IMG/VR virus record: IMGVR_UViG_3300028361_000018 | Source of the DNA: a virus | Lineage: Duplodnaviria > Heunggongvirae > Uroviricota > Caudoviricetes | Length of the DNA: 27,924 nt | Reading direction: 5' to 3' (one strand) | Part shown: positions 1 to 6,353 of the stretch, piece after piece | How positions within the stretch are numbered: the first letter of the stretch is position 1 | How the letters are laid out: every line of letters starts with the position of its first letter | The notes under the pieces: generated by a model | Told to the model about the DNA's origin: nothing | The model's database searches: none | Seen by the model: the letters and a program-made list of their open reading frames with translations, nothing else | Program-made: the position numbers and the translations under genes

Positions 1-69
1 AGCGTATGGGCTAAGCTTGATTACAGACTGCGCCTAAAACTTAAACTACTGCATGGCGATCATCAATGA
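1..69 (+). CDS. 3' end of a hypothetical protein (partial; ...VWAKLDYRLRLKLKLLHGDHQ*)
   Basis: Frame open from base 1 to TGA 67-69, overlapping the next start as ATGA. Confidence 0.7.
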   Translation, partial: SVWAKLDYRLRLKLKLLHGDHQ

Positions 70-284
70 CGAACACTACTGATCACAGTTTAGAGTACAT
101 TCGTCAGTATTATCAACTACCGGCTTACGTAGGTCAACGTGTTTGCTACCGAAGTAAGTTCACAGGCACTATTACAGGCGGCAGCGGCTCCTATATCAAG
201 ATTACGTTCGACGGCGCCGAACACGAGGATGTTGGAAGATTCCACCCAGACTGGGAAATGGCATATCTTGAAGCGGAAGAGTAA
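66..284 (+). CDS. hypothetical protein, 72 aa
   Basis: ORF track; ATGA-coupled to the upstream ORF. Confidence 0.75.
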   Translation: MTNTTDHSLEYIRQYYQLPAYVGQRVCYRSKFTGTITGGSGSYIKITFDGAEHEDVGRFHPDWEMAYLEAEE

Positions 285-477
285 GAAGCAAAGTGACGGA
301 TGGATCCGTGTGTTAAAAATGCCGCCACCTAGGACTATGGTAATTGTATGGTGTTCTGCTGCTGAAAATAGCGGATTGGCTTACTGGTGTGGCGATCATT
401 GGATGATGCCGGAACCACAGAGTATAGGCTACAACAACATTACCCATTGGCGCTACAAACCTTCTGGACCAAAATAG
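268..477 (+). CDS. DUF551-like small phage protein (start uncertain)
   Basis: GWIRV..MPP ... ITHWRY pattern typical of DUF551-type proteins; stop is followed directly by a promoter; TTG 268 chosen over the track's GTG 139, which lies inside ORF 66..284. Confidence 0.5.
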   Translation: MKRKSKKQSDGWIRVLKMPPPRTMVIVWCSAAENSGLAYWCGDHWMMPEPQSIGYNNITHWRYKPSGPK

Positions 478-480
478 CCG

Positions 481-509
481 TTGACATACCTCCTACACTA
501 CAGTATAGT
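481..509 (+). promoter_or_regulatory. sigma70-type early promoter
   Basis: TTGACA(481-486)-17 bp-TATAGT(504-509). Confidence 0.85.
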
Positions 510-541
510 GCGTACATATTAATTAAAAAGAGACAAGAGAG

Positions 542-775
542 ATGAACCCTTTTAAACGTTTCAAAGAATGGTTGTGGCCTAGTCTCGCTACTGACGACGA
601 GGAAAGATTGTGTGCTTACTTACAAAGTTACGGCTGTCCGGACTGCGCTTGCGATACTTGGAAGGTAGGACCTAGCGCTGGGGTGGCTACCAACATACAA
701 TGCGCTGGATGTCACAGTGAATTTAGCATTTCAACTGTGCTAGGATTTGCTGAACGAATTAGGAGCAGGAAATGA
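542..775 (+). CDS. small Zn-ribbon protein
   Basis: CPDC...CAGC cysteine pairs; follows promoter and purine-rich RBS. Confidence 0.75.
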   Translation: MNPFKRFKEWLWPSLATDDEERLCAYLQSYGCPDCACDTWKVGPSAGVATNIQCAGCHSEFSISTVLGFAERIRSRK

Positions 776-963
776 TATCTCGAACCTGGGAAATACTCAA
801 TGAACCACTAACTACGCTTGAAGTAGACATTAGAGGCCCTGAGGACATAGCCATTGCGCTGTACTCTTCTTACCACGATCAGTACGTAGACGTTGTGTTA
901 ACTGACAAAATGGCGCGAGAATTTATCGCATTTATTGAACAAGCAAAGGTAGCAACGTCATGA
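772..963 (+). CDS. hypothetical protein, 63 aa
   Basis: ATGA overlaps at both ends. Confidence 0.75.
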   Translation: MISRTWEILNEPLTTLEVDIRGPEDIAIALYSSYHDQYVDVVLTDKMAREFIAFIEQAKVATS

Positions 964-1190
964 AGATAAGAATACTACAACGTAACGCAAATGAGTACAA
1001 ATTACAAAGACGGTATATGGGTATTTGGCTTGACGGCCATACCAACGGCGAGTTTGGAAAGGACGGCGGGTATCAGCCATTCATTGGCAATCAATTAACT
1101 GCTGCTAAGGCTTTCAAAAACCAGCTAGAAAACACATGTGTACACATGCCAACTATATGGGGAGTCAAAGAGAGCGAGAATCTTTATTAA
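960..1190 (+). CDS. hypothetical protein, 76 aa
   Basis: ORF track; ATGA overlap. Confidence 0.75.
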   Translation: MKIRILQRNANEYKLQRRYMGIWLDGHTNGEFGKDGGYQPFIGNQLTAAKAFKNQLENTCVHMPTIWGVKESENLY

Positions 1191-1264
1191 ATAAATGTGA
1201 CATAGTATGTGCAAATTGTCATAGAGAAATACACGCAGAAATGAGGAACGATCAGAAAGCATAA
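1157..1264 (+). pseudogene. HNH endonuclease C-terminal remnant (35 codons)
   Basis: Translates MGSQRERESLLNKCDIVCANCHREIHAEMRNDQKA*; KCDIVCANCHREIH matches the C-terminal half of phage HNH/Zn-finger endonucleases; no N-terminal half in frame. Confidence 0.65.
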
Positions 1265-1267
1265 AGT

Positions 1268-1353
1268 ACCTCTGGTTCCTGACCGCAGCCTCCTAAGCTG
1301 TGTCTTAAAGTTAGGTGGATGGTTTTGAGGTTCGATTCCTCCCAGGGGTTCCA
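1268..1353 (+). tRNA. atypical tRNA-like gene, anticodon CCT (Arg), lacking a D-arm
   Basis: Acceptor ACCTCTG/CAGGGGT + T + CCA; arm GCAGC-CTCCTAA-GCTGT; T-arm GAGG-TTCGATT-CCTC; only 10 nt between acceptor and anticodon stems; 24-nt extra region. Confidence 0.7.
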
Positions 1354-1700
1354 AATACCCAGATACACAATTCATTGTGTATAGCATTGGCAACAGTGTT
1401 ATACACAATGCAGAGTAGACAAGTAGAGTAGCATAGCTAACAACTGGTCAGCCGAGAGTCAAGTAGGCAAAGTATGGCCGTGGTACCCGAAACACAAATG
1501 TCTTGACAATGGGTATTCAGGGATCGGATGCAATTATGCCGACCCAGTATACGGTAGTTTACGGTGGAAATCCGCTAAGTGGTTTGCGACCCAGCTGCAT
1601 TTTTAGTAGTTAGCACATTAGTTTAAAACATGACGGCTCGTAGATGTGTAAAGGGTACAAGGTCGCCGTCCTTCCTTGTACGCCGGACGATACCTAACCA
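1354..1700 (+). ncRNA. candidate large structured ncRNA between two tRNA genes
   Basis: No credible ORF; pairings 1354-1361/1510-1517, a 17-bp GCAA-capped hairpin 1373-1410, 1458-1463/1502-1507, 1436-1441/1609-1614, and a pseudoknot 1632-1681. Confidence 0.6.
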
Positions 1701-1713
1701 GCACCTTGTTATA

Positions 1714-1789
1714 GACGCGGTGGCAGAGAGGCTATGCACCGGATTGCAGCAATCCGTGAACGCCGGTTCGAATCCGGTCCGCGTCTCCA
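1714..1789 (+). tRNA. tRNA-Cys-like gene with a 9-nt anticodon loop (TTGCAGCAA)
   Basis: GACGCGG/CCGCGTC acceptor, U73 discriminator, CCA, GCA/TGC D-stem, GCCGG-TTCGAAT-CCGGT T-arm; loop is 2 nt longer than canonical TTGCAAA. Confidence 0.85.
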
Positions 1790-1812
1790 CTTACAAAGAG
1801 ATTAAAAACAGG

Positions 1813-1841
1813 TTGACACATACTGTTTTACCACGTATACT
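1813..1841 (+). promoter_or_regulatory. sigma70-type early promoter
   Basis: TTGACA(1813-1818)-17-TATACT(1836-1841). Confidence 0.85.
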
Positions 1842-1862
1842 ATATTTTTAGTTAAGAAATAA

Positions 1863-1987
1863 TAGGGCCTCTAGATTACAACCGAGATTCTCTAGTTAAC
1901 CTTGCCTTAGGAGTCTAACTCCTTTGAAGCTGCTGGTAAAACCGTTAAATGCTTTCTCAGGCTTCGCAGTTGCACTAAAGGGCCCTA
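1863..1987 (+). ncRNA. candidate structured 5' leader / small RNA
   Basis: Closing stem TAGGGCCT(1863-1870)/GGGCCCTA(1980-1987) enclosing CTAGA/TCTAG, AGGAGT-cta-ACTCCT and GCTGC/GCAGT stems. Confidence 0.45.
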
Positions 1988-2021
1988 CCCTAAGTTAATC
2001 AACCAAAAAAGAGAAATTGTT

Positions 2022-2357
2022 ATGGGATATTCAACACGCTACGAAGTTGAAGCAACAGGCTTCCAAGAAGAAATCGAAGCAGAGTTTTTTCTGTTCAAGT
2101 TAAATCGAGCCGCCAACTATTGTGCGGCTGCCGGAACCACTACTAGTAACCGAGCAAGTTTTGAAACTGATGACATCAAGTGGTACGAATGGCAGACAGA
2201 TCTAAAAGAATTGTCAGTACATTTTCCTCATGTTACGATTGACGTAGAAGGCTTCGGCGAAGAAAACGGAGACATCTGGAAGGCACGAATACGCAACGGA
2301 GAAACTGAGGTTGTCAAATCAGTGCTTACATTTCCGGACTTTGAACAGCTAGTATAA
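2022..2357 (+). CDS. hypothetical phage protein, 111 aa
   Basis: ORF track; WYEWQTDLKELSVHFP...GFGEENGDIW pattern resembles a common phage hypothetical family. Confidence 0.8.
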   Translation: MGYSTRYEVEATGFQEEIEAEFFLFKLNRAANYCAAAGTTTSNRASFETDDIKWYEWQTDLKELSVHFPHVTIDVEGFGEENGDIWKARIRNGETEVVKSVLTFPDFEQLV

Positions 2358-2422
2358 ACTAGTTGTCAACAGACTGCTTTGAACGCATGCTATATAGCAC
2401 TAACGCATAAGGTGAGACACGA

Positions 2423-3478
2423 ATGTATATAGATCGAAATCGAGTAATGGCATGGATAGCTAAAATTGAAGAAATTAAAAGTATACCTAACGCAGACAAT
2501 ATCTGTGCTTATCGAGTCGGCGGATGGTGGGTAGTTGATCAAATAGCAAAATACAACCTAGGTGATCTTGCTGTATATTGTTCAATAGATTCTTGGATTC
2601 CAGAGCAGTTGGCACCGTTTCTTAGCAAAGGTGGCGGAGCTAAAACATACGAAGGTATTGTAGGCAACCGACTGCGCACTGTAAAATTGCGAGGACAAGT
2701 TAGTCAAGGACTGTTGCTTCCAGTAAGTGACTTTATTGACGGCAGCGGCGCAGATTTCGAAGGATTAGATCTAAGCGAGAACCTGGGCATTGTAAAATAC
2801 GATCCACCGATTCCAGCTTGTTTAGCAGGTGAAGTACACGGCATGTTCCCTGCGTTTATGAGCAAAACTGATCAGGAACGTGTTCAGAATCTCATCAGTA
2901 TGCCAGACTGGTTTGTGGGAGAGTGGGAAGTTACTATGAAGTTGGATGGTAGCAGCATGACACTGTTCACTCGCGAAGGCACTGCGGGGGTATGTAGTCG
3001 CAATCTTCACCTCAAGGACAATGAGGCCAATAACGGCAACACTCTTGTAACGTTTGCGCGGGGAATGAACTACAGTGAGGCATTGCCTGCTGTTGCTGAC
3101 AAGGTCGGGTTTGACTTTGCTCTCCAGGGAGAGATCATGGGCCCTGGTATTCAGAACAACAGAGAGAAGTTTACCAAGCCTAGATTCTTTGTGTTTGACG
3201 TCTACAATATTAGTGAGGACAGATACTTAAACGCAGGCGAGCGTAGAGCAGTGCTTGATCTAGTCGCAGATTACACCAACACTGTAGAGCACGTACCTGT
3301 GCTAATTGAAGGTCTTTTGATTACTGAAGATCAAGTTAACGTTGATTGGTTCCTTGCTATGGCAGAACGGCCCAGCATTAATCACAAGTTTGCAGAAGGC
3401 ATTGTATTCAAGAACCTAAAGGACGGCGACAAGAGCTTTAAAGTCATCAGTAACAGGTTTTTGCTGAAAGAGGAATAA
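2423..3478 (+). CDS. RNA ligase, DRB0094/Rnl5-type (N-terminal OB domain + nucleotidyltransferase)
   Basis: N-terminal IPNAD...LRTVKLRGQVSQGL; motifs TMKLDGSS (I), LQGEIMG (III), FFVFDV (IIIa), AEGIVFK (IV), FKVIS (V). Confidence 0.9.
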   Translation: MYIDRNRVMAWIAKIEEIKSIPNADNICAYRVGGWWVVDQIAKYNLGDLAVYCSIDSWIPEQLAPFLSKGGGAKTYEGIVGNRLRTVKLRGQVSQGLLLPVSDFIDGSGADFEGLDLSENLGIVKYDPPIPACLAGEVHGMFPAFMSKTDQERVQNLISMPDWFVGEWEVTMKLDGSSMTLFTREGTAGVCSRNLHLKDNEANNGNTLVTFARGMNYSEALPAVADKVGFDFALQGEIMGPGIQNNREKFTKPRFFVFDVYNISEDRYLNAGERRAVLDLVADYTNTVEHVPVLIEGLLITEDQVNVDWFLAMAERPSINHKFAEGIVFKNLKDGDKSFKVISNRFLLKEE

Positions 3479-3480
3479 AA

Positions 3481-3681
3481 ATGAGCAAAAGCAAGTATCG
3501 AAACGTGCATGTGGACGGCATCCTGTACAAGTACGTGGTCGGCAAGTCTTACGTAAAAATAGTAGGGCCCAACGGAAACGAACTGGTTGAAAGAACAGCA
3601 ATTTCTATAGAGACGTATTACGGAGAGCTGATTACAACACCCGGCATGATAGTTGCTTCTATGCAGTTGGTAAGGCTATAG
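3481..3681 (+). CDS. hypothetical protein, 66 aa (possibly the N-terminal part of a frameshifted gene)
   Basis: ORF track; RBS AGAGGA upstream. Confidence 0.7.
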   Translation: MSKSKYRNVHVDGILYKYVVGKSYVKIVGPNGNELVERTAISIETYYGELITTPGMIVASMQLVRL

Positions 3682-3860
3682 CGGATCAAGCAAAGGCTGG
3701 GGCCGTTGCAGAAATAAAGCGAAAGCAGGCCGAGGCTATCGAAGCGTTAACTGATGCCTCTGAAATTGCGCTGTGGCACAACCGAACGTTCGTCAAAGTA
3801 GACTGTATAGAGGGTGTTGCTCAACGTCTGCACAATGAAGCAGACAGTCAACAGACGTAG
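3591..3860 (+). other. 89-codon open frame with no ATG/GTG/TTG start, filling the gap before the next promoter
   Basis: Open between TGA 3588-3590 and TAG 3858-3860: ...FYAVGKAIADQAKAGAVAEIKRKQAEAIEALTDASEIALWHNRTFVKVDCIEGVAQRLHNEADSQQT*. Confidence 0.45.
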
Positions 3861-3889
3861 ACCTTAATTAAAAGAAAGTTAAAAAGAAG

Positions 3890-3918
3890 TTGACAGCTAG
3901 TAAAGTTTGCGCTATACT
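3890..3918 (+). promoter_or_regulatory. sigma70-type early promoter
   Basis: TTGACA(3890-3895)-17-TATACT(3913-3918). Confidence 0.85.
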
Positions 3919-3965
3919 AGCTGTATATTAAATAAAAGACACATTAAACAGGCTAAGAGGCTAAT

Positions 3966-4538
3966 ATGAAAATTACACTACGAAAAGCACACGCACTGCA
4001 AGCAGCGTTAAACGAAGCTGCAAACAAGCTAGCGTTTACGAAAGAAGTTGCGCTGAACGAATTCGAACATCCGAGCTCGGTTATTGAAGCAGCCATCGAA
4101 AAATTCATCAGAGAAGAGTACCTGCGCAAGGAACTGTTAGACACGCTATATCTCCTACGAAAGAGTGTAGCACTGGCAAACGTTGCTGCTGGAGTAAACG
4201 AGATCTTAGCAGACGTTGCCCGAGCAGAAAAAGATATTAATTTTTATGCAATGTCTGAACAACTTAGTCCGAGACTAGCTAATGAGGTTATCAACGGAAA
4301 AGTTGGCAAGCTCAAGGAGCAACCGTCAGACACAGGTCGTTCACTATATGACCGAAGCGACAGTATTTCAACTAACATCTTTGATAAAGATGCGTTGGAT
4401 CAGATGAAACATGCACTGTCAACTGCAAAGAAAGAAAAGGTTCGTCTGCAGGATATGCTACTAGAAGCCAACATTAAAAACGAAGTTGAGCTAACGAAAG
4501 AACAAGTAGATGTATTACACGCAGCAGATTTGCTGTAA
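3966..4538 (+). CDS. hypothetical helical/coiled-coil protein, 190 aa
   Basis: ORF track; RBS AGAGG; amphipathic helical composition. Confidence 0.85.
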   Translation: MKITLRKAHALQAALNEAANKLAFTKEVALNEFEHPSSVIEAAIEKFIREEYLRKELLDTLYLLRKSVALANVAAGVNEILADVARAEKDINFYAMSEQLSPRLANEVINGKVGKLKEQPSDTGRSLYDRSDSISTNIFDKDALDQMKHALSTAKKEKVRLQDMLLEANIKNEVELTKEQVDVLHAADLL

Positions 4539-4552
4539 AGAATCGACGTCGG

Positions 4553-4850
4553 GCCACCGGACTTAGATAGCCGGCAAGTGATTATCACGATAAACGCAGG
4601 TGGCACAATTTCAGTTTTGGTAGTTATGCTTGCGTAATGTGTAAGTAAACTACCCAGGGGTAAATGAGAGACGAGAATGGATCTTTAGGAGAGATCCTAA
4701 ACTAAATGGAGGCCTCAACAGCCGACTCCAATGACGTGCTCCTAGCTAATATGACGTTGTATGTTGCTGCTAGGAAAAAGTCGTTCGTTGTAGATTGTCC
4801 GTTGTATGTTGCTTTAGCTAACTAAGCATTGCGCTAGTGTGCTAATGTAC
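4553..4850 (+). ncRNA. candidate structured 3' UTR / ncRNA
   Basis: Stems GCCACC/GGTGGC, GTGAT-t-ATCAC, GGTAGTT/AACTACC, GGATCT/AGATCC, TGGAG/CTCCA, CCTAGC/GCTAGG in a ~360-nt ORF-free gap; strand assumed from the upstream gene. Confidence 0.5.
4755..4813. repeat. 14-bp direct repeat CGTTGTATGTTGCT x2 plus a partial third copy
   Basis: 4755-4768 and 4800-4813 identical; CGTTGTA also at 4786-4792. Confidence 0.85.
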
Positions 4851-4895
4851 TTTGTTTCATCCATTACTTACTTGTTTATTCCTGCCTAAATTACT

Positions 4896-4932
4896 AAAAT
4901 GCTCCATTGTTAGTTGACAATGGAGCATTTTT
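4896..4932. terminator. 15-bp inverted repeat, likely intrinsic (bidirectional) terminator overlapping a promoter
   Basis: AAAATGCTCCATTGT-tagttg-ACAATGGAGCATTTT. Confidence 0.75.
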
Positions 4933-4942
4933 CGTTTATAAT
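4914..4942 (+). promoter_or_regulatory. sigma70-type early promoter
   Basis: TTGACA(4914-4919)-17-TATAAT(4937-4942), perfect consensus. Confidence 0.9.
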
Positions 4943-4973
4943 ATGTTAAATTAAATAGAAAAAGGAATTGAGA

Positions 4974-5408
4974 ATGGAACCTACACTGTACATTATCATG
5001 CGTTCAGACTTGCCCGATTGCAACCCTGGCAAGGGAATGGCAGCCGCCGCACACAGTCAGGCAGAGTTCAACGCTCACATAGAGTGGGCTAAAGAAAACA
5101 TAGTCGATTATGACGGCGCCGATTGTGACCGTAGTGTTGCGTTTAAAAACACAATAGCAGATTATGAAGAGTGGTGCGGAGATGGTACCTTTGGAAGGAC
5201 CATTGTATTGTCAGCTGATTTGGCTGTGATTAATGACATAGCAACGTATAATAACGTTTCCGGCAGCACTATAGACCCAACGTATCCGTGGAAAAACTTC
5301 TATGGAGAGCTGCAAGTCACAAGAGAGACTACCTGCGGCTGGTGTTTTGTTTCTGAAGGAATTCAAGAAGATCTAAAGCGGATAGAAAACCTGCCACTAC
5401 ACAAATAG
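4974..5408 (+). CDS. peptidyl-tRNA hydrolase type 2 (Pth2)-like protein
   Basis: LYIIMRSDL...NPGKGMAAAAHS matches the PTH2 N-terminal motif; IDPTYP at the C-terminal catalytic Asp position; ATG 4974 lies 7 nt after AAGGA. Confidence 0.75.
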   Translation: MEPTLYIIMRSDLPDCNPGKGMAAAAHSQAEFNAHIEWAKENIVDYDGADCDRSVAFKNTIADYEEWCGDGTFGRTIVLSADLAVINDIATYNNVSGSTIDPTYPWKNFYGELQVTRETTCGWCFVSEGIQEDLKRIENLPLHK

Positions 5409-5418
5409 GAAGGACGAA

Positions 5419-5889
5419 ATGTTAAAGCCAAACTTATATATGCTGATCGGAGTGCCTGGCTCAGGCAAGAGCACCTTTGTAGACGCGCAAGACCATAACT
5501 TTGTACATATCTCAACCGATTATTATGTTGAGAAGTTTGCTAAGAAAATGGGCAAGACCTATAATGAGGTGTTTAGCCTAACCATTAAACGTGCAGACCG
5601 CTTGATGATGCGAGCAGTCCGTCGAGCTCGAGAAAAAAGGCTGGACATTATTTGGGACCAGACCAACACAACAGCTAAGTCACGAGCCAAGAAGCTTGCT
5701 ATGCTACCAGAATATAACAAGACAGCATTATACTTTGAGACACCACCGGCTGATATCTTAGCAGAGAGATTGGCAAATCGCCCGGGCAAAGAGATTCCAG
5801 TCCGTGTGATGAAAAGTATGATTCAACACTTGAAAAAGCCTACCCTGGACGAAGGTTTTACTAAGATACAAGCGTTTACTACATTTTAA
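5419..5889 (+). CDS. P-loop kinase, polynucleotide-kinase/AAA_33-like
   Basis: GVPGSGKST Walker A, ISTD, IIWDQTN, RLANRPGKEIP lid. Confidence 0.85.
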   Translation: MLKPNLYMLIGVPGSGKSTFVDAQDHNFVHISTDYYVEKFAKKMGKTYNEVFSLTIKRADRLMMRAVRRAREKRLDIIWDQTNTTAKSRAKKLAMLPEYNKTALYFETPPADILAERLANRPGKEIPVRVMKSMIQHLKKPTLDEGFTKIQAFTTF

Positions 5890-5899
5890 CAGGAGCACA

Positions 5900-6322
5900 A
5901 TGAAGGAAAAACATTTAAGAGCGTACATGGAGTGCGCTGAGGCGTTTGCTAAATGTAGTGTAGGTGAACGCCTCAAGGTAGGTTGTGTAATAACCAAGTC
6001 CAATGGCGGTACAATAGGCGAAGGCTACAACGGACTGCCTATACATATGGAAGGTAGCTTAGAAGACGGCACAGGCACTACTAAACCGCAAGTAATACAC
6101 GCTGAGCTAAACGCTCTTAAAAAGATTATGCGCAGTCACGAAAGCAGCGTGGGAACTTGGCTGTTTGTTACTCATGCGCCGTGTGAACTTTGCGCAATAG
6201 ATATTTGTGACGCTGGCATCACGCGGGTGTACTATAAAAATGTTTACCGCAACACACTAGGAGTTGACTATCTAGTAGAAAACGGTGTAACTGTGATACA
6301 TTTACCTCCGGAAAACAGTTGA
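5900..6322 (+). CDS. dCMP deaminase-like (cytidine deaminase fold)
   Basis: GYNG, HAELNAL and THAPCELC Zn motifs. Confidence 0.9.
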   Translation: MKEKHLRAYMECAEAFAKCSVGERLKVGCVITKSNGGTIGEGYNGLPIHMEGSLEDGTGTTKPQVIHAELNALKKIMRSHESSVGTWLFVTHAPCELCAIDICDAGITRVYYKNVYRNTLGVDYLVENGVTVIHLPPENS

Positions 6323-6347
6323 CAGTACAATATTCTGAGCATACAAT
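6319..6347 (+). promoter_or_regulatory. sigma70-type promoter; predicted +1 falls on ATG 6354
   Basis: TTGACA(6319-6324)-17-TACAAT(6342-6347)-6 nt-ATG. Confidence 0.8.
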
Positions 6348-6353
6348 AGTATT

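Noticed and set aside
1187-1408. Minus-strand 73-aa ORF
   Set aside because: Antisense to the tRNA-like gene and HNH remnant; no RBS or protein-like pattern
1503-1531. TTGACA at 1503-1508 as a promoter
   Set aside because: No -10 at 16-18 bp (CGGATG); the hexamer is part of the GTCAAG/CTTGAC helix
1268-1789. tmRNA, RNase P, group I intron, hammerhead or theta/HDV ribozyme
   Set aside because: No G3-U70 Ala acceptor or tag ORF, no CUGAUGA/GAAA core, no HDV P3/P1.1/P4 order, and no G directly after either CCA; a covariance-model search is still needed to exclude remote matches
1630-1851. Plus-strand 73-aa ORF
   Set aside because: Runs through the pseudoknot, the tRNA-Cys gene and a promoter
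2363-2396. TTGTCA...TATATA as an early promoter
   Set aside because: Spacer is 22 bp, too long; at best degenerate
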